A DNA stretch of 64,000 nucleotides from Heterodontus francisci (taxonomy: Eukaryota): NCBI RefSeq assembly GCF_036365525.1, contig NC_090388.1:29962662-30026661 (forward strand), read 5' to 3'. Position numbers and translations under genes: made by a program. The notes beneath the pieces are model-generated. The model made no database searches and was not told the DNA's origin. It was given only the letters and a program-made list of their open reading frames with translations. Position 1 is the first letter of the stretch. The number at the start of each line of letters is the position of its first letter. Below are positions 1 through 18,899 of this stretch, in pieces.

Positions 1-1012
1 ACAGATCTGTACATGCACAAATGTGGAAATCATTGAGCTGCGAGTCAAGTTGCCCTACTCCTTCAAAAGCTGCGTTAAACTGGTATCTCGCTGAATCTCG
101 GCATTGAAATACATGAAATACCTTTAAATTGCTGTACTTGCGTAAGATGCATACTAAACTCGACTGCCCATTTGGGTGGAAATTATTAACGGTGTGGTAA
201 ATCTTAATTATTGCCAAACAACCTGGCACTGAAAATTAACTTGTACATGTGTGCAGTCTCATGTCTTCAGATTTTAGGTTCCTTCTATCAATAAGTTTTT
301 TTTCCTTTTAATCACATTTAATCCGATCTTGCTTTCCTCTTTCGTTTTCTGTACTTATTTGATATCACTCTAATGTGCATTTCCTGGTTGAGAAGCATTG
401 CTCATTAACAATTCTTATATTTGATTGGGTAAGGAGATAGTGTTGCTTGTCTTATTCACACAGGTCTCAGCTCCTTATACAGGGCACCAAGCTGTTTCAG
501 CTCTCCAATTTAACAGGTTCCAGTGCAAAATCCCACAGACTTTGAGCAAATGCAAGTGTAATGGCTAGCGGCAGTCATTCACCGCCAAGAGCAAAATCTG
601 GCTTATGGTGTTTACAGTAAAAATCAGGGCAAAGTCTTTTTCATTGGTCAGTGAATCAGTAATTAGAGGACATAAATTCAGGATACCTAAACAACAAAGA
701 GTATAAGAGAATTGTTATGCACATAGAGGACTGTTAGAGGACATGTAAAGCCCTACTAGAAACAGTGGCGGAAGCAGAATCCATAATACCTTTTAGCAAA
801 AGTGAATAAATAATTAGAAAGAAAAGTTAAACAGATTAAGGGAGGAAGTGGAGAGCTAGTCCAGAGACCAGCAGTCAAACAGTATTCTTCTGTGCAGTAA
901 AACTCTAATTCGACAATCACTGGTATATCAATCAATATAGTGAGATGCATCATTTACTAGCTTATCGCAACATTTTTGAAATACAAAACAACCAGTCTGT
1001 GACAGTTTCACA

Positions 1013-1018
1013 TTTATT
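1013..1018 (-). terminator. rps16 polyadenylation signal AATAAA
   Basis: tttatt on + strand about 22 nt downstream of the stop codon. Confidence 0.75.
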
Positions 1019-1039
1019 TGCCAAAATCAAATAAAAGAT

Positions 1040-7988
<6,949 letters not shown>

Positions 7989-8092
7989 GTTGCTAAAGAA
8001 ACACAAAAAGATACAAACACACAATCAGGTCAATAGCAGAATTTTTTCACCAAATCACAACAGTTGCAAGTCCTCCAATGCACCCATTTCAC

Positions 8093-8127
8093 CTGTTTCT
8101 GCCAAGCGGAGCAGCAGTAAAAAAGAG
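8093..8127 (-). promoter_or_regulatory. rps16: rps16 probable non-coding first exon starting with a 5'TOP tract (TSS near 8127)
   Basis: Minus strand reads CTCTTTTTTACTGCTGCTCCGCTTGGCAGAAACAG/gtgaaa; pyrimidine-rich acceptor ctttag lies 4 nt before the ATG (intron 7993-8092); CpG-rich context about 7560-8330. Confidence 0.75.
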
Positions 8128-8364
8128 CGAACGGGGTTTCCAACCCACCGAATCAAGAGCTGTTTTGCGACACTCCTCCACTTTACGGAGCTATTTTGCG
8201 ACAGCCGAAGTCGTCAGTGTGAGAACAAGTAATGGCTGTAGAGTTGCTGGCTTTTGGTTTGGATGTTGTAGTGTATTCGCTGGGAGCTGGAGCTAGTGGT
8301 CAGTGAGCACCGGCGAGAAAGTCTGGAATATAGGAAATAAGCTTACTTTTGATTTATTTTAAAA

Positions 8365-8742
8365 TTCTTGTCTTTGTTTGCAAATCGCTCCATGGCCTCG
8401 CCCCTTCCTGACTCTGTAATCTCCTCCAGCCCCACAACCTTCCAAGATACCTGTGTTCCTCTAATTCTAACTTCTTGTGTATACCTGATTTTAATCAATC
8501 CACCATTGCTGGCTGTGCGTTCAGTTGCCTCAGCCCCAAACTCTGGAATACCCTCCCTACACCCTTTCCACCTTGCTTTCTTCCTTTAAGTCACTGCTTA
8601 AAACCTATTGCTTTGACCAGGCTTTTGGTTATCTGATCTAATATCTCCTTTTGTGACTTGGTGTCATAATTTGTTTTATAATGCACCTTTAAAGTACCTT
8701 GGGATATTTTCTTATGTTAAATCTGCAATATAAATATAAGTT
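8365..8742 (+). mobile_element. L2-type LINE 3' end
   Basis: ctccatggcctcgcccct...ctctggaataccctccc...ctgcttaaaacctattgctttgacc. Confidence 0.6.
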
Positions 8743-8905
8743 AAGTAAAAGCAAAATACTGCAGATGCTGGAAATCTGAAATAAAAACAAGAAATGCTGG
8801 AAATACTTAGCAGGTCTGACAGCATCTGTGGAGAGAGAAGCAGAGTTAACCTTTCAGGTCAGTGACCCATCATCAGAACCCTGCTGAGTATTTCCAGCAT
8901 TTCTT
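8743..8905 (-). mobile_element. Short Penelope-derived palindromic element with hammerhead-like motif and 15-bp TSD
   Basis: ATATAAATATAAGTT at 8728-8742 and 8906-8920; minus strand has CTGATGATGGGTCACTGACCTGAAAGGTTAAC. Confidence 0.75.
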
Positions 8906-9316
8906 ATATAAATATAAGTTGTTGGCTGTGACTCTGTTATTTATAATTTGGGTTTAAAGTTTCTGCCCCTTAAAAAAATTTGAGTGGCAATTTTTGTTAT
9001 TTTGATTGCAGACAAATGACAACAGTCATTCTCATTGACAGTGAAAGAGGATAAAGTGTACAAGAGCAGAACTTCCTACATTAGAATAGTGCTTACACTT
9101 CAGAAGTACTTCACTGACTATCGAGTATTTATGGTTGTGAAAGCTGCTACATAAATGCAAGCCAATAAACCCACTTCTTTGACAAAGCCTGTTAGTCACT
9201 CCTCCTACTACCTGCTCCTTTGGCTTGGTATCTATTTTTGTTTTTATTATGCTTCTGTGAAGTGCCTTGGACATTTTTCTACCTCAAAGGTGCTTTTTAA
9301 ATGTAAGTTATTGAAA

Positions 9317-9425
9317 CTAAGTTATCTCTGCTCTCCACAGATACTGACTGGCCTGCTGTGTGTTTCCAGCAGTTTCTATTTTGTTTCAGACTTGTAGCAT
9401 TTGTAGTTTTTTTGCTTTTTATTTA
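9317..9425 (+). mobile_element. Penelope terminal-repeat fragment
   Basis: ctctccacagatactgactggcctgctg...ttttgctttt, similar to the other copies. Confidence 0.6.
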
Positions 9426-9810
9426 CATATGAAGAGAGATTTGGTTGAAACTTATGATTGTGAAAGGACCTGCAACATTTGTTGCAGATTCCTCCAATGT
9501 ATCGCAGAACTGTTCCACTGCAAACAGTGGAGGGAGGAGTACAGACTCAGAGATCCCAGTGTGATGGCAAATTTAGCAAGGCTGCATTCTGGGAGTGACA
9601 CCTCACTACACAAGAGAACGAGAGAGAATTGGGATTATAGTATTAAAGACCTAACTGTGACTTGTGCTCCTAAATAAAAGGCCGTTGTGTGAACACAGCC
9701 TCCTGAATGTGCTGTCATGGTTTCCCCAGATAGCTTTCAGGCCTGTTTGAAGAAGAGTCTCCTGCTTTTTGCCATGCAGCTGCTCAAGGAGGCTCCCTGT
9801 AAATTAATGC

Positions 9811-10636
9811 GAAAGCAAAATACTGCAGGTGCTGGAAATCTGAAATAAAAACAGAATGTTCTGAAAATACTCAGCAGGTGTGGCAGCACCTGCGAGAGAA
9901 AAATAGATTTAAAGTTTCAAGTCAATGACCTTTAAAATGTAATCGACCTGAAACATTGCTGGAATTTAACGGTAGGTAGATGTGAGCCGGCCACCAACTG
10001 AAAAGTCCGTGGCGAACCCGCGTCCACCTCACCTGCGGATCCTACCTGTATTTTGCGGGTCCCCAGGCTTCAATTGATGTGAGGCGGGACTTCCACCCGC
10101 TTGACGTAGGAAGTCCCACCTAATAGAGCTGCCGGCAGCTCTTAATCCCAGCAGCGCCACTGCAGCCCAACGTGAAGGGAAGATGCCTAGGAGCCAGGAA
10201 GACAGGTAGGTTTTGGTTGCCTCCTTGGGGGCAATCGGTCAGGCCCCGGCGAGGCAAGGGTGGTCGATTGAGAGGAAGGGGAGGTGTGTGTTGGGTCTTG
10301 GGGGTGGTTGGGTTGGTGGTTGGATTATGAGGCCCACCCCGGGACCCTCTGAAGCCACCTGGTTTTCGGCCGCCCGTCCAGCCACATGTAAAATCGGCAT
10401 GCAGGCGGGCGAAGGCCACTTAAGGGCCTTGATTGGCCTGGGATGGACAGGCCTTTTCTCACTCCCGCCGCCCTATGTAATGTGGCAACGGAGGCGGGAG
10501 CGGGTCAGGAAGGCCTCCCACTCCATTTTACGCCACCCCCCCGCCACCATCCCACTCGTCGGGGTAGTGTAAAATTCAGCCCATTAACACTCTTTTTCTC
10601 TCCACAGATGCTGCCAGACATGCTGAGTATTTTGAG
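9811..10636. mobile_element. Penelope-derived palindromic element interrupted by a MITE
   Basis: Inverted arm 9811-9932; direct arm gacctgaaacatt|MITE|attaacactc...acagatgctgcc. Confidence 0.65.
9958..10582. mobile_element. Non-autonomous DNA transposon (PIF/Harbinger-like MITE)
   Basis: Termini gctggaattt...aaaattcagccc; 3-bp TSD ATT (9955-9957 and 10583-10585). Confidence 0.7.
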
Positions 10637-10639
10637 TTA

Positions 10640-11120
10640 TAGTCATTACAGTACAGAAGGAGGCCATTTGGCCCAAGTCTGTGTCGGCTCTCTATAGAAC
10701 AATGAGTCCCATTCTCCCACTCTATCCCCATAGTTCTGCAAGTTTATTTCCCTCAAGTGCCCATCCAACTTCTATTTGAAATCATTCATCATTTCCGTTT
10801 CCCTCATATGCAGCAAGCTCCAGGTCATTACCACTCACTGCGTAATAACGTCTTCTTCACATCCCCCTGCATTTCTTGCCCAAAACCTTAAATCTGTGTC
10901 CCCTAGTCTTGTACCATCAGCTAATGGGAAAAGCTTTTCTTTGTCTACCTTATCTCAATCTGTCATAATTTTGTACACTGTGGTCAAATCCCCCCTCAAT
11001 CTCCTTTGCTCCAAGCAGAACAATCCCAGCTTCTCCAACCTAGCCTTGTAGCTAAAATCCCTCATTCCTGGAACCATTCTGGTAAATCTCCTCTGCTGTC
11101 TCTCAATGACCCTCACAAAG
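10640..11120 (-). mobile_element. CR1 LINE 3' end
   Basis: QRRFTRMVPGMRDFSYKARLEKLGLFCLEQRRLRGDL. Confidence 0.85.
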
Positions 11121-11649
11121 GTGTGATGACCAGAGACCAATTAAACAAATGTCTTCAACGATTTTATTGCCAACTTGGAGATCCTGTTCAGTTACTCTGT
11201 ATTGCTCAGACTGGATAAGTCACCTGGTCCGGATGACTTCCATCCCAGGTTGCTAAAGGAAATGGGAGTGGAGATAGCAGAAGGGCTTGCCATAACCTTC
11301 CAATCTTCCCTCAATATGGGGGAGGTACCAGAGAATTGGAGAGTGACACAGGATCTCCAAATTGGCAATAAAATCATCAGACATTTGTTTAATTGGTCCC
11401 CAGTTTCAACTGTATTTGCATCCTTAAGAATTTTCAATTCATCTTTGATAAGTCTGTTGTACAAGTACTGAAGGCCTACAACTGTTATGTTTGGCTTCTA
11501 TTTAAACCTTTCACAAATAAAAGCTGTAAATTAGCTCTTTGATGCATAAAATGAATTGCTGTGTTTCTGCTTGTGTTAACATTTTTTATATCTCGGAGAG
11601 TTCTGAAGAATATGTACTTTAAAACCGTTTTCTATTGTGAAGTATGTGC

Positions 11650-12215
11650 TGTCACGCTGACCTCTCTGTCCTCGGCCTCCTACGGTGTTCCAATGAAGCT
11701 CAGTGCAAAGCTTGAGGAACAGCACCTCATCTTTCAATTAAACACTTTACAGCCTTCCAGACTCAACACTGACACCAACAATTTCAGACCATAATCTCTG
11801 CCCTCATTTTGTTTCCTTTTTCCTTGCAGGTTTTGGTTTTACTCTTGTTTGCTTTCGAATGGCAGCTGTTCATCATTCTGCCATCCATACCTCCTCTAGA
11901 CACAACTTTTATTCCTTTACTTGTCTCATTCCCACTTTCTTTGGCTCTCCACCACCAACTATTTTGTCATTTAATGTCTCCCGTCTTCCCCCCCATCACA
12001 AACCTTCCCTTTTTTTCTTTTCCCAACGTCCCGCATTTCAGCTGCTTAAAACCTAATACATTTCTAACTTTTCCTGGTTTTAATGAAAGGTATTGACCTT
12101 AAATGTTAACTCTCTTTCTCTCTCCATAGATGCTACCTGACCTGATGAGTACTTCCAGTGTTTTCTGTATTTATTTCAGATTTCCAGCATCTGCAGTATT
12201 TTGCTTTTCTATTTT
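11650..12215 (+). mobile_element. Penelope-like element 3' fragment (end of GIY-YIG region plus terminal repeat)
   Basis: KLEEQHLIFQLNTLQPSRLNTD motif, then terminal repeat with degenerate hammerhead. Confidence 0.75.
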
Positions 12216-12749
12216 AAAGCTATTTATTTTCACTTTTCTCATCTGCATTCACTTTGGAATGCAACAATTTGATTAGCTTAAACAACTCAGCAGGAGTTGC
12301 TAAGGCAATAGTAGCAGTCTTTTTGCCCTTTAGTTTCTCAATTGACCATGTTGAAAATAATGATTTCGTGTTAATACAGTGGTTTTAGTAAACAATACTG
12401 TAAGGATTACAACGAGAGGTAACATTGAAATCTGGTTTGAATCTGGATTCCATCCAACAACTGATTTTTATTTCTTTTATTTTTTTCTTGGAATGAGTAA
12501 AATTTAAACACTTCCTGCAACATGGAAACATCGATAGTAATTAAGCTATCACTTTGCAGGGCGAGTCAAGGATCGTGATTCAAAATATCTAATGGACACC
12601 AATGCAAATGAGGTTTGGACAGTATATAATTCCAGACAAGTTTTGGTGGGCCACAGGTGCTGACAGCTCCCCATACTTGCACTCACTCTAGGGTCTCAAC
12701 AACCATGAGCTTTTTTTAAGATTTTGGATTTGAAGCCAAAAATTATCAT

Positions 12750-13140
12750 TTTAAATAAAAACAGAAAATGCTGGAAATACTCAGCTGCTGTGGCAGCATC
12801 TGTGGAGAGAGAAACAGAGTTAACAATTCAGGTCGATGACCTTTCATCAGATCTGGAATAAAGTTAGAGATGTAACAGGTTTTAAGCAAATACAGTGGCA
12901 GGGAAAGGGAGGAGGGGAGGAATGAACAAAAAGGAAGGTCTGTGATAGGGTGGAAGGCAGGAGAGATTAAATGATAAAAGAGATGATGCTGCAAGGCAAC
13001 AGGGGGTGTGATAATGGGACAAGTAAAGAAACAAAAGATGTGTCCAGAGGAGGTGTAAATAGGAAATTGCAGAATCATTACCAACAGCTGCCATCTGAAA
13101 ACAAACCAAAGAAAGGAGCAGAGGTTATGATCTGAAATTA
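12750..13140 (-). mobile_element. Penelope-like terminal repeat
   Basis: Reverse-complement similarity to about 11840-12190; CTGATGAAAGGTCATCGACCTGAAT on minus strand. Confidence 0.75.
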
Positions 13141-13765
13141 TAATTTTAATTCTGTTGAGAACTCTTCTCAGTCCCATGTGTTCAAAGTTTAGTTTACTTA
13201 CTGGCATAAATTGGACCCTTGGGGCTACGAAACTTGTGCTGGTGTGCACAGTTAATGCATATGTGGTCAGATTATAGTGCTAAACACACTGGGAACTCAA
13301 TTTCTTCTGAAACTCAAAGTGGCACTGTGCACTCTGGACTATAATATGTAAGTACCTAAATGTCCATTGGTGCTCTGGGTGCTAGAAGAAGCCTGAGCAC
13401 TGAGTATGTACAGTGAGGGCGATCTAGCCAGCAAGAGTGTGATGCTTTTAGTTGATACACCTCACTTGAGCCAACCGGTTAAGTATAACAGCATAAAATA
13501 GACCTTCATGCCTCATAGCTTGTTTAAAAAAAAAATTGCTCCTCTCAATCTAGTTAAATAAAGCTCTTTAATAATTGCTGACGAGGTCCACTCTTTTCCA
13601 TTGTAAGTAACATAAGGCCATCTAGGAGCATTCTATACAGAGTCAGCTCATAGTCATTAACTCTCTGCACAGAAACTGAAATGCCCTTCAGCTCTGGTTC
13701 CCCCTGGAGTTGCAGTAGGGATGATTGCTGTATACTGATCAGCACAGGTTCCTAATAGAGCTAAT

Positions 13766-13880
13766 GAAAAATCAGAAAATGCTGCAAATACTCAGCCGGT
13801 CTGGCAGCATCTGTGAAGAGAGAAGCAGAGTTAACATTTCAAGTCAATGACCTTTCATCAGAGAACCGGTTCTGATGTTG
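13766..13880 (-). mobile_element. Penelope terminal-repeat fragment with hammerhead-like core
   Basis: Minus strand CTGATGAAAGGTCATTGACTTGAAATGTTAAC. Confidence 0.7.
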
Positions 13881-14516
13881 TCTCAGGGGAAGTATGCCCT
13901 TATCTACTACAACCTTCTCTTCATTAGAAATGGGCAGGTTCCCGTTCTATGTATATCTGATGCTGAATCAGGTACATTCTACTATAACCAAAGACATTTG
14001 AATGCAACTTCACTTGGATCTGATTAAGCTCTATCCTTCCAGCAGGAGATCCAAAGATAACTGCTTTATATAGACCTGACAGTCCATTCAGTTTTAAGTG
14101 TGTTGTGTCCTCCATCTTCCTGTAAGCAAATGTAAAGTATAATAACTTGAGATAAGCACCACGAGGTAGCTGGAAATATGATTAACTGTAAAACTTGCAA
14201 AACACCTGGAAAAGGAGGTTTGGGGATCATATTAGTTTGGCAGCATCAGGATAAATAGTTATGAAGTGGAGAAGTAATGAGCTGCATAGACAAGTCCAGG
14301 TGTGATGAAAAAGTCCTGAGACAAGATAAGCTGAGAAGAACAATGCAGAAAACAGAATGTAGCAACCTTGAAGACTGGAACTGTCTGGTGTAGGGTTGAA
14401 GGTTTATATAACATTTTCACAGCAAAAACAGGTCATGTGATATACTGCAAAACTGGGCAGAATTGATTTGTCAGATTTAGGCAACAACTTATATTTATTA
14501 TTATTTTTTTTATTGC

Positions 14517-14848
14517 TAGAGATACAGCACTGAAAAAGGCCCTTCGGCCCACCGAGTCTGTGCCGACCATCAACCACCCATTTATACTAATCCTACACTA
14601 ATCCCATATTCCTACCACATCCCCACCTGTCCCTATATTTCCCTACCACCTACCTATACTAGGGGCAATTTATAATGGTCAATTTACCTATCAACCTGCA
14701 AGTCTTTGGCATGTGGGAGGAAACCGGAGCACCCGGAGGAAACCCACGCAGACACAGGGAGAACTTGCAAACTCCACACAGGCAGTACCCAGAATTGAAC
14801 CCGGGTCGCTGGAGCTGTGAGGCTGCGGTGCTAACCACTGCGCCACCC
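14517..14848 (-). mobile_element. V-SINE (HE1-like)
   Basis: Near-identical reverse complement of 5659-5988. Confidence 0.9.
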
Positions 14849-14944
14849 ACCTTTAATGTAATAAAACGTCTCAAGATGCTTCACACGAGCATTATAAAGC
14901 AAAAGACACTGAGCCACATAAGGCAATATTAGGGCAGATGACCA

Positions 14945-16272
14945 GCTGGAAGAATTCATCAACTTTGCTTCCAAATTCCACCTTTCCCACACATTCATAT
15001 GGTTCATCTCCAACTCTTCGCCAACTTCTCTGTCTCCATTTCTGGGGATAGCTATTGACCAACATTTACTATAAGCCCACTGACTCCTACAGCTCCCTTG
15101 ACTATACTACTTCTCATGCCACTTTTGTAAGGACACTGTTCCATTCTCCCAGTTTCTCCATCTCAGTCGCATCTGTTTCCACGATGCCAGCTTCCATTCC
15201 AGTGCTTCTGATATGTTTCCTTTTTCTCCAGCTGTGGTTGACAGAGCCCTCTACTGTGTCTGTTCCAATTCCCATACTTACACTCTCATCCCTTTCCTCC
15301 CAAAACCACAATAGGGTTCCCCTTGTCCTTACTTTCCACCCCACCAGCCTCCACAGTTAACAAACCATCCTGCCCTTTGCACCACCTCCAGCATGTTTCC
15401 ACCACCAAACACATCTTCCCCTCTCCGCCCCCCACCTGACCCCTTTCAGCATTCTGAAGAGACCATTTTCTTTGTGACATCCTGGTCCACTCTTCAGTCA
15501 CCCCGCTTCCCATGGCACCTTCCCATGCAAGCACAGGAAATGTAACACCTGCCCTTTTACCTCCCACTTTTCAGGGCCCTAAACATTCCATCCAGGTGAA
15601 ACAGCAATTTACCTGTACTACTTTCAGTTTAGTATTCTGTATTTGCTGCTCATGATATGGTCTCCTCTTCACTGGGAGACCAAATGCAAATTGGGTGACT
15701 GCTTTGCAGAACACCTGCATTCAATCCACAAGCATGACCCCAAGCTCCAGTAGCCTGTCATTATAATTCGCTGCCTCACTTTCACTCTGACCTCTCTGTC
15801 ATAGGCCTTCTACACCGTTCCAGTGAAGCTCAATGCAAGCTTGAGGAACAGCACTGCATTTTTCTGTTCGGCACTTTGTAGCCTTCTGCACTCAACAGAG
15901 TTCAACAATTTCAGATCAGAACCATTGCCCCCATTTTTTCAGACAGCAGCTTTTGGTAATGATTTTGCTATTGCCATTTACACCTCCTCTAGATCCATCT
16001 TTTGTTTCTTTACTTTTCTCATTACCATCTCCTTTTTCCTTGCACCATCATTCCTTTTATCATTTAATCTCTTCTGCCTTCCACCTTATCACAGACCTTC
16101 CCTTTTGTTACCCCCAACAACACCCCCCCCCCCACACAAATACTTGCTTAAAATCTGTTACAACTCTAATTTTTTCCAGTTCTGACAAAAGGTCATCAAC
16201 CCAAAATGCTAATTGTTTTTCTCTGCACAGATGGTGACACCTGCTGATTATTTCCACAATTTTCTGTTTTTA
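14945..16272 (+). mobile_element. Degenerate 5'-truncated Penelope-like retroelement (RT C-terminus, GIY-YIG endonuclease, terminal repeat)
   Basis: LEEFINFASKFH, TNIYYKPTDSYSSLDYTTSH, KQQFTCT..LVFCICCS..GLLFTGE..KCKLGDCFAEHL, KLEEQH; many frameshifts. Confidence 0.85.
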
Positions 16273-18339
16273 TTACTGTCCATTTCCTCATTTGTTCACC
16301 GTGGTTGCTTAACTACACAAGTGGAATCTTTGCCCTTTAAGGGTATGTGCTGGTTCGAGTATCGTCAGAGGGCCCAAAAATTATGGTTGTATTTGGTTTG
16401 AGTGCCCTTTTTCAGGAATTCCTGCTCCACTAACTGGTTTACCACAACCATAGCACCAAATTAGATTAGCTCTACTGCTAGGGAACGTGCCATGCAACGT
16501 TAGTTCAGAAGAAAAGTACAATCAGAACACTTAATTGCAATGGAAATCCAGATGTAGTTGTTGAAATTGTTTCAAATCAGAGATATGTTGTAAGAGATAT
16601 CTTGTACAACAAGGAATTGGAAATATTGATGTCACAGGTAGCAATTTTTGTACCTAGTTCAGAGCACACAATTTCAACAATCAGATCACCACCACTTTCC
16701 ATGGCTCCACTCCCATACTAAAGAGGGAAGGTTTGCAGTTAAAAGGAAATGGCTGCTGATTTCAGAGATAATATGGTCCTGGGGAAAAAAGTGATGACTG
16801 GGTTGGAGAGGGAGTCATAGAAACTGAACTGGAAAGGGGAAACAAGACAGAAGTTTCGATAGCCTGACCCAAATAGCATATGCTGGTTTTACAGATTTAT
16901 TCACTTTATACAGAATATCTCAGTTAAACTTGAAACCTGATTACAGTAGGATTCTGCACAAGGGCAGCTAAGAGACACAGCATGTTGCACCAGACAAAAC
17001 AGACACAAAATTAATCTATTTGTACATTCTTTAGCACATATAATCTTTCAGTTTAAACAATATGAAAAAGTTCTGAGAGAAGGTTTGAGCGTGTGTGTAA
17101 AATTTCATCTCTGGACTCGGGCACGTGCAGGTTATGTGGGCTCCATGTCTGCCAAGTCTAGGCTGAGCCCTTCCTGCACAGCACATCACCACAACTTTTA
17201 CAACTTTATTGGGGATGTATTGTAAGACACTAGCCATCTCCCGTTTCCCCACAAACCTATCATCAGCCACAGTTTCGGAGGCAAGCCTTGTCCTCCCGGA
17301 TCCATCTGCCTCCTGGTCCATTCCTGCAGGGGGATAGAATGATGAAGGACAAGTGTGTCATTGGAACTTCCCAGCTGTTCAGAGTTTACATGTAGGATCC
17401 TTTGTTTGGCATTGCAGTTAGAAAGTGAAACTCTTCATGTTAAGTGCGTTAGAGTCCTTAAACAGCGCCTTCAATCTCCCAACGTACAATCAGCAGCCCC
17501 CTACACACTGGGGAAGAGAGAGTGTATAGTATAAAAACAGGCATTCAGCCCAAATGATCCATGCCATGTTTATGCTCTACACGAGCTTCCTCCCAACATT
17601 CTTTCAACGCTCTCACCATAACCTTTTCCTTTCTCACTCATGTGTTTCCCTCAGTTGATGGCCCTGTCTCTTTGCCCAGCAAGGATCAGGTTGCATTTGA
17701 TGAAGTGTGATACATTGCAGAAGACGACATCCATCACGGCAATTGTAGTCCCTCAGCTCCCTGGCTGATTTTGCAGTGGATGACAGAAAAGAACTGCGGT
17801 GTAGTGAGTGAGGGCTGGGGTCACCACTGTTTTGGTTGATAAGGCCCTGTGGGAAGTACACTGGAGCTTCAAAACTTACTGCAGCGTTTCAGAGCTAGCT
17901 ATTTACTACATGCACACAGCTGCTGGTATCACTTAGAGGCATAGCAATAGATTTGCTTCAGGCTCAGAATATTGGAATGCCCAGTAGAAAGGGCATTGCA
18001 ATCTTATCATTGTCTAAAGATTTCTCTATTTATAATTGCCTATGTGCATGGTCTGACTAGCATATAGTGTTGCATCATTTCCCCAAAAAATGCCTTCTGA
18101 AAATAGTCGAGTAGTCTTTTCTCACCCACTCAGTAACTGAAAACTCTAATAGCCAAAATTTTAACATTTCATAATGAATTATCTATTGACCTTTTTAATG
18201 ACTTCATTGAAGTTTTAAATTGCTGTAGCTAGTTATAAAATGTACTTTCCACACTACCATTGTTGCTACAATAATATTGTGTCAGCCAGGGAAGCACCAG
18301 ATGTGTATTTAACTTATTTATTCTTGACTTTAATCCAAC

Positions 18340-18631
18340 CAAAAAAACCCACCTTCCATTCTATTTGTGTGCGTATGATCCTTGTGTGAATGTGTAGCTT
18401 TAAAAAAAATTTTCTTCAGATTGGGTTTAGCTTGTTGCGCATAATAAACTTACCTCTCATTTAAACTCAAGAAAACCTGTCTGATTGTGAAAGAACCAAT
18501 CACATTAAAGGTAAAAGACTCACTGAGGTGGTAAATACAACCACTGTTTAAAAAGGAATAAACTGTGTTGTGGTCAAGTAAGAGGAAAGACAAAAGGGAC
18601 GACTGTGACCCTCTCCTCACTTGGCCATAAT
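18340..18631 (+). mobile_element. LTR-like fragment
   Basis: aataaa...ttaaactcaagaaaacctgtct...gttgtggtcaa...ctcctcacttg matches the reverse complement of the element starting at 63597. Confidence 0.5.
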
Positions 18632-18899
18632 AGCTATTTGAAGATATTACTGATTTTTGTTGAATCTGCAATACAATTTCTTCAAACTTCCCCCAGTACC
18701 CAAACAAACTTAAAATATGCAGTAAGATTGGAGGAATCAGGAGTGTGGATTAATCTCTTAAATTGCTGAAGCTTTGGTTCCCTTTACTCAAAACAGAAAG
18801 TTTGTATTCTAACTGACAGTAATGCATGTCCATAAGGTCAGGCAATCACCTTTCAATTTCCTCAAAATATTCTCTTTTACAAGTAATTTCAGAATAATT

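Noticed and set aside
1-605. Possible end of another TIR element (...gcaaaatctggc)
   Set aside because: The other terminus is outside the window, so no TIR pair or TSD can be verified
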